Counted from the first letter of the stretch, positions 14,190 through 25,775 are shown. The stretch: DNA of 64,000 nt from Lama glama (GCA_028534125.1 CM052816.1:85128001-85192000), one strand, 5' to 3'. Notes: a model not told the origin generated them from the letters alone. A program made the numbers and translations.

Positions 14190-14265
14190 TTCCTATATAT
14201 CCCCTGTTCCACACACATATAGACTCCCCTACTATCAAGTCATTGAACAGCATTATGTATTTGTT
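14190..14265 (+). repeat. 76-bp direct copy of 13132-13207 (1 mismatch)
   Basis: ttcctatatatcccctgttccacacacatatagactcccctactatcaa(a/g)tcattgaacagcattatgtatttgtt occurs at both sites, 1058 bp apart. Confidence 0.97.
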
Positions 14266-15902
14266 TTTTATTTACCAAACTACGAGCCTTTCTAGTTCAG
14301 TAGGCTAAAAATATGCTTTGCATGAATACAAATATCCCTTGTCCAAGAAAGTTTGGATTAAAATTTAAACATATGCATTTAAAGACCCTCTCATATAAAC
14401 ATATACTGTGGATGTCTAGGAGGAAGTGTTTTCCATGCTTAACCACAGATTTAATTTTTACAGCACAGTGTAGTGAATAACACATGCATACCCACATACA
14501 GCCACCCTCTCATTCACACTGGCACCCACACACCCTCATGATCGTTCCACCCTTAGACATATTCATGCTCACTAGACATGAATCACTAGCCCCTCCACTC
14601 ATTCATATACACACACACACACACTGTGTTGACCCTCCCCACCCTCTCTCCACTCCACACCCTTTTTTTCTCTTACATCCACACAAATTACATAGACCCC
14701 AAACTCACACCACTTTTAAACTCCTCTCAAAAAACTAAAAAAGTTTATATTTTAGGAAAATGTTTGGAGTTAACTCTTTCTAATTATTATGTATTCTATA
14801 AACATACACTAATTTGATAATGCTTGAAATTACTAAATATCATGTCATGTCATAAAGAAATACAGATCAATTTTTAATTTTTATATTTAGTTGTAGACTC
14901 TAATAGTATCAAAATATTCATTCTCATTTTTAGTAAAACGTAATAATAATTTTTATTAGACTATATTAACTGAACATCAACTTTTTAAGGTTTTCCTAAC
15001 AAAAGAATGTTTACTCTGGTGAGATTTCTTCAATTTATCACTCATAAAGGTTAAACACCCTTCACTAAAAACAAACAAATCCCCCGAAAAACACCTATAT
15101 TTGTCTATCTCTATAGCTAGAAGACATCCAAATATATATGTTCAATGACAAAAAAATAAGTAAAACAAAACTTTTAAACAGTATGTTTAAATTTTGGCTG
15201 ACTAGGAACTGATAATATATTCTTTTGCTCTTTTGGTATTTAAGTGGCTGCAAAACTGCCTAAATCATACTCTAATTTATTTTCCACTATAAAACAAGCA
15301 TTTGCTATAACAGAATTGCTTCAGCTGTAAAATATAGTAAAATAGTAAATATTTTACAAGTTAAGTTTATTAATGTTGAAAATAAGAAATGTATTAATTT
15401 ATAAATCTGAAATGCATCAGAATCATTATGACAAATTTTATACTTAAATACCTTTACTTCTATTTTCTACTTATAAAAACAATACATAATTTGGCATGGA
15501 GGAACTGTTCACTACAGAAACGTATAATACAATCAAAATCAACTATATTTCTATCTTTCAGGAATATTGAATATTGAAGTTTGATGTTTGTCATTAGTTA
15601 TTTCCCTCAGCCTACATATACATACACTTTAAATGTTGAACACATACTATACATGCATTTTCTGTAATATCATGTGTCACATAATATGTGATGAAAATTT
15701 CCTCAGGTTATTAAATGTTTCTTAAAATACAGATGTTTTATATTCTTTTCTGATTATTTCAAAGGTTTGTGAGAAATAATGGAATAGCCAAGACTTCTGC
15801 TCTCATTGGAATAGCTAAGTTCCAGTGAATCAAGTTTGATTCTGTGATAAAGTGTCATGCATAATACAGGGTTGGCTGTTAAATCCATATGTGAAGATAG
15901 AG

Positions 15903-15939
15903 GCGTTGGTGGTATAGTGGTGAGCACAGCTGCCTTCCA
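15903..15939 (+). pseudogene. Tailless retropseudogene: 5' half of tRNA-Gly(TCC) with TSD
   Basis: gcgttggtggtatagtggtgagcacagctgccttcca is 36/37 to recalled mammalian tRNA-Gly-TCC 5' sequence. Flanks tccatatgtgaagatagag (15884-15902) / tccatatgtgaagacagaa (15936-15954). Confidence 0.93.
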
Positions 15940-16830
15940 TATGTGAAGACAGAACAAGCATCTTGGGGATTAATTCAAGTTTGGTTGTTTTCTTTCTCAT
16001 CTTTTTCCATTTCCTCCTTCCTGTGAATAGGTGGATAACTGCTCTTTACATCTGGGAAATTCAGATTCAAAAGGGAGGACACATTCACACAAAGTTTCCT
16101 TTGGCTTAAACTGTGATCTTCAAATTATCTTTTGCATGGTTGTTACACAGTGGCTATTCGTCCATTAGTTTACTAATATTAAAAGAAGTTAAAAACCCTT
16201 CTCAACAATTTTTTGTACACATTCATGTTCATTTATACTGATGGAGAAAAATATTCACTGAAAGCCCATCCTAAATTTTTAATGATGTCCAACTCTTAGA
16301 TAACCTTTAGGGAAAAAAAAGTATAAGAATTATATTTGGACCTACATAGGTGGGGTGAAATTGCTTCAACATATCTATAAAATTTAAAAAAATTATCATT
16401 ATTACATATTTATAACACACAGAGGAAGCAGATGTGTAAAAACCATTTGGACATGCTGAAAGTGTCCCTTTGGGCAATTTCCATGTTCCACCTTTATTAT
16501 TAATTTCAGAATTATATTGGATATAATTGATGCATGAACTGGCCATATCATCTGTTCACTTAGAAAAAATTTCCCTAGTGGCTTTTTTTTTTCACTATAT
16601 CAAATCTATTCTTATCGTTAAAGGTTATCTCATGATAATTTTAGAAAACATCCATGAAATTATCCGATGCTACCACGCTTTCCATGGAGTTATCCCCATG
16701 GATTTCACAACCTGATTATTCCCAGGGCTTCCCTTTAGAACTGGGGAAAGATTCCAGGCATCTATGTTGAGATATTTGAACTTTTCTAAGAATTTGTTCT
16801 GCTGTTTTTTAAGAAATTCTTTCATAAGTT

Positions 16831-17880
16831 TTGTCAAAGCAGCCTCTTCAGCATGATGATCAGCAGATTTTTCACCTGCTCAAGATTTCATTTGATAAAA
16901 TTGATGTGATGCCAAAATATACAAATAGTTCTATAAGATCTGAAGATGATTTGCTTAATTTATCCCAGTAAGCAATTGTACAGAGGCATAGAGAAAATGC
17001 TTTGGCTCTTGGATCAAGAGATAGGGTATGATAAGCAAAGGGTTTTGGGGGTGTGCTATGTTGTTAAGTTAATCCCCGTAAAGTATGACCTAAATGTTCA
17101 TACACATAAAATATAGTTATAAGATAACTGGGGAAGACTTAATCCGAAATACGATAAGCTCTGCTCCGAATGTTCTGCTTATAATTGGGTGGCGTCCTTT
17201 GCCACTGGGAGTTCTGCAGTTGTGTTTTATTATTGGGTTATTTTTTGAGACATTTATAGTGTCTGTACACTAGTATCAAGATCAATTCAAATTTGTTTGT
17301 GGAGACAAAAAAAAAAAAGAAATTTGAACTTCTATTAATAGACTCCCTGCAGGACATTTTGGCTGGTAGTTCCATTTGTAAATTAATTCACTATTAAATT
17401 TACAGAGGCTGTGTCACAGAGAATAAAGGAGTATTTTTCTCATAATGGTCTCAACTGATTACAGTTAGGAACATATGAGGGAACTTGATGTTGCCGAACA
17501 TTCTCACTTCACTGGTGGCTCTAGCACTTTGGGGGATCTGATGTTTAGACAGTATTGGTTGGATATAATAGCATTCATATCAATACGAAAGCTGCACTTT
17601 GTGCATTTATATTAATGAAAAATTTCCTTTGGGAATTTAAAGGAAGGATACAACATTGTTAGGGGCTAAGATCTCCCACAGAGTGGCATCATTTTATACA
17701 TTTTTAATATCTGTCCTCCTGCTTCTTAATCAAGAGTGAACATTAGTTTATTTTTTCAGTGACCTTTCCGCTTGTCATCTCAACAGATACCTGCTTGTGA
17801 TCTCTATGGGTGTCCATACCCAAAGATTTCCAGCGCCTGGAGGACAGCAGATAAATCAATCCTGCTTTCTTTCAGGAAAC
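16831..17880 (+). pseudogene. Candidate endogenous bornavirus-like nucleoprotein element (EBLN-like), decayed
   Basis: Colinear blocks versus recalled BoDV-1 N: DDQQIF..SFDKI..KYT ~ EDQDLY..SLPKL..QYT; RENALAL/DQ (16990-17017, one frameshift) ~ RQNAVALLDQ; LIPVKYDLNVH (17069-17101) ~ LIPGLHAAFVH; CFIIG ~ CSLLIG; TSINR ~ AALNR; SIFLIMVSTDY (from 17430) ~ SFVLSLLTTDF; EHMRELDVAEHSHFT ~ EFMDQIKLVASYAQMT; LKE, LGA, F*YLSS (from 17702) ~ LKE, LGA, FPNLAS. Several stops and frameshifts. Confidence 0.6.
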
Positions 17881-19189
17881 AGTAGTTTTATTTGAAGTAT
17901 CATTAGTTTGTTTAATCAGTTTTTTTCTTTAGCTTTTGGCTTTTACTGAAAAATTTTAGCTACTTGATGAAGATCTTCTCACTCAGCAATTATCATTCTA
18001 ATTAAATTTTACAACCAAGTCTCCTTTTCAGGTCTATGCCCATTTGCAAAAAGAAAACAGTGTTCTCTTACTTTCGGTATTAGATCTATATTGAGCATTG
18101 GCTGAAATACTCTTGGATTCTATTTTTTGAAGTTTTATTTCAGTTAATCTTTTCCACCACAATTTTGAAGTTTTTCCCATCTATTCCTCAAGAAAAAGAC
18201 TCCTGAAACTGTCCATGTAGATCATTTACTCTTTTTTTTTTTGTTTCCCCTCTCTCAAGGCTAAAGACTATCTAAAAAGCCTAAAGTAACAAAGTAAGTT
18301 CAATAACTATTTAATTAAATAATTCAGAGCTGAGATGGCTACTGAAACATCTACTTGGCAGTAAAAAATATTGAATTTGGGCAAGATGCCTATTGATAAT
18401 GCCTTCTTGTCTAAAGTTCCTATAGAATGCTTCCAAATAACAGTCTTCAAAATAATATTGATGGGAACGTCAATTATTAAAGAAAGAGGCTACCATTCAG
18501 TATCAGAAACAAACACCTGAGTGTATTATTAGTCAAAGAAGGGAGATCTGTGTTGTAGGACACTGTTTATCTTAACAAAGCACACTGTTTATCCTATTAG
18601 GGTTATACGAAGTGTAAGAGGTCAGTGTTGGATGCCTTTCAGAAGAGTGGGGTTGCCACTGACTGACTCATACTCAGTATCACAATTACTGATGGAAAGT
18701 TGTTACTGATTATGACAGGTTTTAGAGGTCACACGTTGCTATGTTTAAAGAACAACCTGTCCTCTCCTTTAAGAACATGTCAGAGCATCTGTGCATTCTA
18801 AGACTATGGGGAATGAGTCAGAGATAGCATTGAGCTGGTCAATTACAGGTAATCATAGAAATAGTTAGATTTTTCGAATTTACTATAATGTGTTTCTTTA
18901 AAAGAGTTATATCACACACAGTTATAGTGATTAACTCCTTTACTCCTCCACATGGATATTAGGGGTAAATGACCAATGGTTCCCCACAGCGGGTCCAGTG
19001 AGAGGTTGAGTTCCTATTTGTGCTTTTGTGTGTGGACGCATATTCCTGTTCTGAATATTGTATAAAGCTACTGTGATTTATGCTACATAATGGCTGACCA
19101 GAAACTGCCTTGCTTATCTTTGCCCAGGAATTTTCAGGGTACCCTACTCAGTCTTATTATAGCGAAGAGGCAATTAAAACCCTATCCTT

Positions 19190-19995
19190 GCTGCAATCTC
19201 AACCTAAGCTAGTAATTCACCCTATCACTAAAACATAGCTCCCTCTGTGCTCTCCATTTCAGTAAAATGCACCATAACTCACATAGTTACTCAGGCCAAA
19301 AATACTTGGCAAATCCATGGCTCCTCTATTCTATCCTATCCCCAAACATATGCAAGTCCTGATGGCTCTGCTTTCCAGTTATATTCGTAATGTCAATCAC
19401 TGCCATCCTCCCTTGCCTAGTCCATTGGAATAGTTTTCTGTTTCTCACTATCCACCTGCCTCCCATCTTCCATTCTGTTCTTTCTTATTCAGTATCCAGA
19501 CTGTTCTTTTTAAACCTAAACCTTATTTTACACTTTTCTATTTGAACCTCCAATAGTTCCTCAGCTATCCCACCTAAAATAAAATAAAAAGCAATTCTAG
19601 TTACTGATAGCTTCTCCATTCTCATCTTCTTTCACTCTCTCCAACTCTGACTGATTCCACCCCTTGTACACACCATGTACACAATCAACACAACTTGTTG
19701 CTGTCTCTAGAATATCCATCTCAATATATCTCTATGGATTACTCTTTTTATTGATGTATTTTTCTAGACCCTCCAACATAAGAGTCATCCCTATATACTC
19801 TATCCCTTATCTTGCTTTCTTTTTAAACACATTACTACCTGACATATTTGTATTACTTATCTCATTAAAGGGAATTTTTTTTCCTCCTTTCTCATTGCTT
19901 TATCGCCAGCACCAGTTAAAAGAACAAAAAAAGTTTGTCACATAGTACCTCTTTAATAGTGCATTCCAGGAGCTAAAATAAGGACCAATAATTGA
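19190..19995 (+). mobile_element. Degenerate L2 LINE 3' region
   Basis: Pyrimidine-rich L2 motifs 'tctccatttcagtaaaatgcacc', 'gttactcaggccaaaaatacttggc', 'caagtcctgatggctctgctttcca'. Boundaries approximate. Confidence 0.7.
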
Positions 19996-20887
19996 ATAGC
20001 TTATTCTAGAATTTCTAGTGGCAGTGGCTGGTGTTGAGCACACAAAACAAGGTGAATGATGGAAATGAGCCGGGAAGGGCTTTAATGAACTTACATAAAA
20101 GTCATTCTGAAACAATACTCTTCTAATAGAGATTTTTCTATCAATTCACTTCAGTCATGTGCTCTCTTTTCCGATAAACAAGTAGACAAAATAGGGTTTG
20201 AAATTCCTAAAAATAATTTCCTAATGAAAAATTTTCCAAACTCAGGTGTAATACTAACCACTGATGACCAAGCATGGCAAACTGCTCAACTGTGTGAGTA
20301 TGGTTAATCCCACAGTAAACATTTATTATACCTTAGCTAAGGAACTACATGCAAATGAAGAACAAATGAAGATAACAATATAAAACTTAGAATTTATGTT
20401 TAGTTTTTAGTTTATAACATTTATAACAATCCTATATCTTTAAGCCTCAGTTAATCATGGGAAAACTTATCAAATGTTTAGACTGTTTTGTTAATGAAAA
20501 ATAACAGGAATCTTTTTTGGATGTAAGATGTGTCTTTTGTTGTTACTCCTTTCAAAAAGCAATAATAAGAGAAAACAGCTTTTCCACATGTCAAAAGTTC
20601 ATCATGTACTCTCAGATTTGTAAATGCCGTTCACTCATTCTTAGGTAATTGTGATATCTATTCATGCTACTATCAATATAAATATCTAGTAGCATGGAAA
20701 TTATTCAGCCTAGCCTTTCAATGAAATTCTTTTAAAAACTGAAGTGAAAAAAATTCAACTGACTTCAGTAAAGAGGATTATAATTTTCTTTCCACTCAAC
20801 ATTACAATTCCAACTGTATCTGGTCATTTCTTTCTTTTATAAATGCCTAGAATGACAAGGCACTCTCCAATTTCAAAGATAATTTTT

Positions 20888-21938
20888 TTATATTAAATCC
20901 TTGACCAATATATAGTTTGCAAAAGTTTTCTCTCATTTTGCAAACTTTTCATTGTGTTAACTGTTCCTTTTTCTATGCAGAGATGCTTAAGTCTGATGCA
21001 GCTGTGTTTGTTGCTTTTGCTTTTGTTTTTTGTGCTTTTGACATCATATCTGAAAAATCATTTCCAAGACTAATTTTAAGGACTTCCTTCCCTGTGTTTT
21101 CTTCTAGGAGTTTTATAGTATCAGATTTTATGTTTGAGTCTTTGATTCATTTAGAGTTAATATTGTGTGTGGTGTCTGATAGGCATCCAGTTTCATTGTT
21201 TTGTATGTATTTATCCAGTTTTCCCAACACCATTAGTGTAAATGGGTTCAATCACTGTGGAAAACATGGAGGCTCCTCAAAAAATTAAAAATAGGTCTAC
21301 CATATGATCTAGCAATTTCACTTGCATGTAAAGGAAAGGAAAACAGGACTTTGAGGAGATGCATGTATTTCCATGTTGATTGCAGCATAATTCACAACAG
21401 TCAAAAAATGGAAACAACTGAAGTGCCCAATAATAGATGGGTGAAGAAGATGGCAGCTACGGGAAAGGAGAACACCCTGCCATTCGCAACAACATAGATG
21501 GATCTTAAGCATATCATGCTAAATGAGAAAAGTCAAAGACAAGTACTGTATCGCATCACTCATATGATTAAAAAAAGCCAAACTCCTAAAAACAGAGCAA
21601 CATGGTGGTTTCTAAGGGATCAGGAATGGGGGAATAGGCCAGATAGTCTGTAAGGATACAAACTTAAGAGGAATAGTAAATAAGCCTTAGAGATCTAAAT
21701 CATAGAATAGTGAATATAGACAACAATACTGCCCTATAGTCAACAAACTCACTAAAAGACTAGAACTTAATTATTTCAGCCATTGAAAAAAAAAAAATGA
21801 CAGTAATGTAATGTGGTAGAGGTGCTAATTATAGATACAATGGCAATCATTTACAATATATATGTGCAACACGTTAACTTGCTACACATACTTTAAATTT
21901 CTATAATGAGGTATGTTAAATATATTTCAATTCAAAAT
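20888..21938 (+). mobile_element. 5'-inverted (twin-primed) LINE-1: antisense ORF2 part ~20888-21233, sense 3' end ~21234-21938
   Basis: Left part is the reverse complement of ORF2 (…ccagttttcccaacaccatt = KWCWENW region). It switches abruptly to sense 'gtgtaaatgggttcaatcactgtggaaaac' and an L1MA-type 3'UTR. Confidence 0.85.
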
Positions 21939-22189
21939 AGATTATATGAATATATTCATGTCCTGAAATATGAACCACATCAAGAATATTTGTGTGTGTG
22001 AATGATTACACGAAAATACTCTTAAATCATGATGACTTATGTAATAATGATTAATCAACTTAAATGTTAGACAGTAGTTATCCACAATGACTTGTCTGGA
22101 AAAATAGAAGCTTTTTCAAGTATCTCTGGGGTAGAGGCCCTGATAAATTTTTGTCCCCCACTGTGTCTCCTACAATTGCATGAGCATGT

Positions 22190-22388
22190 GATGAATGTGG
22201 CCCAAACAGAGCCAAGAGACAGGTGGCTCTGTGCATCTCTTCACAACTCCTCTTTCAGTGATCTGATAATAGCTTGAAATCCACTACGATGGGATTATTT
22301 ACACCATATAAATTGGCAAACATTACAAATCTGGACTTTTTCTCTGTTTGTTTTGTGAGGGAGTGTATAGTTTACCAACATACCACTA
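22190..22388. mobile_element. MER63-like hAT-Blackjack fragment
   Basis: 'gggattatttacaccatataaattggcaaacattacaaatc...tttaccaacataccact' resembles the recalled MER63 terminus. Confidence 0.7.
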
Positions 22389-23344
22389 ACAGTGGTAAAT
22401 CAACAAAATATATATTTATATACAGATATAAATATGCATATATAGAGAAGAAATGTTTGAACAAATTTGTTTGTTGCAAAATGTCTTATTAAAATAGTGT
22501 ATTCTCAAAGCCTTTCAGACTTTATAGAGTTCATAAAGGTTTGGGGACCAAGGTGATGTGACTAACGTATTTTGTGAATTATAAAAAGCATCTGTGATTT
22601 TTAAAAAAACACCTAAACTTTATTTTTCTGTATATGTAATAACTTGGAAAACCACAATTCCATAAGTTTCATGAATAAATAAAATACGTAAGCCATTATT
22701 GTTTGGAATTATTAAAACTAAAATGAATTTCCAATGTTTGGAAATCTACTCCTGGCTCACAGAATGCTCATTTTGCATCTCACAAATGCACTTCACATGA
22801 AGTGCAAGTCTAGGTTAACAACAAAATATCCCCAATTCAGTATTTGTTATTTGTGTTTTAAATGTGATATGAAATTCATTCATTATATTTTATTATCTTG
22901 TGAGTTTTTATTGAAATGGAGATCTTTTCTTCTGAGAAAACAAACCTGCCTCCCTGTATTTTAATACTTTGAATGTTAATGCATTAGAGAATTCTTTAAA
23001 TCTTATTGTAGGCAAGTATTACTAAAGGATCTCAAACTATGTTATTTTACTAGCATAGTCAAAACCAAAGCAATTAATCTTCTTTTAGAGTAGTAGATGT
23101 TCCCTGCATTTAGTAGCTCTTATTTGGTAATCTTGCTTTTGGATTATGGGAATAAGTTAGAAATTATGACATTCTAATCTAAGAGAAGGTTTATATTTTC
23201 AGTTGTGTGAGTACATGAAATAGGATTCTTAAATGTTTGATATATTTTAGACTCATCTATCAGAGATAAAGAAAACATTGACACATTTCTCATTTCAATC
23301 TGAATTTCCAAGGTCCTTCATGATTAATAATCCATTATTGAGTA

Positions 23345-23530
23345 ATTGTTAAGAGTGTGAACTTTGGCTTTTCTGCTTATTGCTTCTGTGATCCCAAGGG
23401 AGTCATTTAACTCTCTGTCCACAATTTCAACAGTTATATGAGAATAATCATAGTACAAAATTCATAACGTTTTTATAAAGATTAAATGAGAAAATTATGT
23501 GTAAGGTATTTAGAACAATGTCTGGCACAT
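23345..23530 (+). mobile_element. MIR SINE
   Basis: 'gttaagagtgtgaactttgg', 'agtcatttaactctctgt', 'aaagattaaatgaga', 'gtaaggtatttagaacaatgtctggcacat'. Confidence 0.8.
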
Positions 23531-25728
23531 TAATTCATGGGCAGCAAAAAAGCATAAGATTTTGAAAGTTTTTTTTTCCTTCTTCCCATTCCTCATTTAC
23601 TTCCTCACTCATTCTTTTAACACATATTCTGAAATGACTGGTATGTGATAATCTGTGTCATAGAAATTGGTATTGATGAGGAGAAACTTACTAAAGACAC
23701 TAAAGTATTTTTATTTTTAGAAGAAAGAAATCCAGTTGAGTATTATTAAGCAGCAAAACTTCATTCATATATCTTATTAATTGCTACCTTCTTTTTACTT
23801 GGTATCTGCCAAATCATTTCTACCCATTTTGAAGCATTTACCCAGCCACAGAGATTGACATTGGCTCCTTTCCATCCCATCATTATTTTTTAAGTCAATA
23901 CTCCAAAGGGATGCTCCTACTATTAAAATTAGTAATGACAGAATATTCTGTAAGAAAGATAACTTCAGGGAACTTGACAAAAACATGCTTCATGTTTTTT
24001 CAAGAACCAGTATAAATAAAATATGATTTCTTCAAGTTTCAGTTTTCACTTATTTTCCATATTAAATTGATAAGAGTGAACTATAAATAATTGTAGCTTT
24101 CAAAGTGGAGGAGTGGTATACTTTGAATCACTTAAAGACTGGATAAAATCAGTAGCTTGGCATCACTTTTAGGTATTTGTAATTTCAATTCCATTTTCGG
24201 CTTCCCTTTGACATGGAATATAATGACGAGACATTGGCTGCCCAGTGGAAGAGTTTAAGTAGAGGAGAACAGGAAACAAAAGTTAGAATCATGAAGATAA
24301 AATTGATGATGGTAATCAGTTCACTGAAAATTATCTAAAGAAACAAATTTCACACTCCATTGGCTTTAGTACACACAGAGAGAGGAGATACAGGATGCTG
24401 ATTTCTTTCTCCTTTAGATGCCATATTACAGGGGCATTATTTGTTAATTTACAGGACTTTCATGCACTGGCACATTTCACCTTCTAACTTTTGTAAGGAG
24501 CTCAGCAACAAGAAACTCAGAACGTACATTTATAATAAACATGATTTGTAAGATTAGGAAAAAGAATGAAGAGTTGGATATGATTGCTTCTACTCTGCCA
24601 ATGCATCCTGTTGATCGAGTAGTTAAGTTTATTATGATTAAATAAATAGCGTGAACAAACACATTCAATTAATCCCGTGTTGTTTAATAATTGAACTATA
24701 AGGCAGCAAATCTATTTGAGTTTGATATTTGAAGATTATTATTATGCAAGGAAAATAGGTGGATATTTTAAATGCTTAACAGTTTGTTATTTGGGGATTC
24801 ACAACAACTTTATTGTCACTACCGCATTTGAGTTACCCAGAATGGCAGACATATGAACATTATTACTACTGCATGTTATTCTGAGAGGATAAAAGGATTT
24901 TTTCAATAAAGTATTATCAAAATTTTAGGTAAATATTAAATATCAGGAAACATTTTAATTCTAAGAGGCAATAATTTTCACTCCAATGTAAGCCTACTAA
25001 CTCAAGCAAAATTCCATTTATTGCTATCAAATGTCTATTTTCAGTTATTAAAAACTCGTTATTAAATTAATCCAGAATTGCAATGGGAAGAGTCTGTGTA
25101 CAGCATTAATCCATGGCTATTTGTCAATTACTGAGACTCTTCAGGATGTTTAGTGAACACTGAAACTTCTTGTTTAATTAAGAAAATCAAATCATGGCTA
25201 CTAAATATAAGTTAATTTTCCTCTGAAAATATAAACTATAAAGTATAGAATATAATTGATTCTTGAAAACTCTAAGACAAAAAACATTGTCTCTGCATAT
25301 ATGCTCTAAACTATTTACTCAAGGAAAAGTAATACATTTCATGTGATTTTCAATAAAAAGGAATAGAGGTTTCACAAGGTTCACAAGGTTTACAATAATA
25401 ATCTTCAATATGAAATAAATCTTTATCTGAAAGAAAATATCTGGACATTCAAGTTTTAGATTTCATGTTATATTTGAGTTTTTTTTCTTAAAGTACTTTG
25501 AGTTTTGAGATTTCTTGTGTGAATGTTTTGCACTTTTTTGGCAATTCTAAATGACAGTTAAGAACCTGACCTGTGGCAAGAGAAATATCTCTGTAATGTC
25601 ATCATAGGCTTTTCACTGAAACGATCATGGAATTATGTCTTTTAGTAGAAATATTTCCAATGCCTAAACCTCTACTTTAATATTTTCCAGCTATTAGGGG
25701 ACTTAAAGAGGAAATTCTAACAACAGGT

Positions 25729-25775
25729 TTTGTGTGTGTGTATGTGTATGTGTGTATGTGTGTATGTGTGTGTGT
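25729..25775. repeat. Interrupted (TG)n/(TGTA) microsatellite
   Basis: Read directly. Confidence 0.92.

Noticed and set aside
16050..16480. Parvovirus NS1-like words (QIQKGGHIH; GKKSIRIIFGPT*VG*; EEA)
   Set aside because: The Walker A lysine is absent, and the HUH-to-Walker A and Walker A-to-B spacings are far too short. Likely over-reading, though a tblastn with NS1 is cheap to run.
16670..16876. Minus-strand open frame GEKSADHHAEEAALTKLMKEFLKK...TPWKAW* starting right after an AG, resembling a terminal exon (or a Tigger GExASAD motif)
   Set aside because: No polypyrimidine tract, no upstream partner exon found, no further transposase similarity. Open frames of this length occur by chance, and it partly overlaps the better-supported plus-strand N-like reading.
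17150..18570. ERV reading: integrase-like KLCSE..NWVA/LPLGVLQL (~17155-17222) and env ISD-like LLVKEG/ICVV (~18525-18557)
   Set aside because: Each needs a frameshift and lacks its diagnostic neighbours (DDE core, QNR..LD, CX6CC). It gives far fewer colinear blocks than the bornavirus N reading. It remains the main competing hypothesis.
18900..19170. Possible old LTR fragment
   Set aside because: No clear TG...CA ends, TSD or recognisable family motif.
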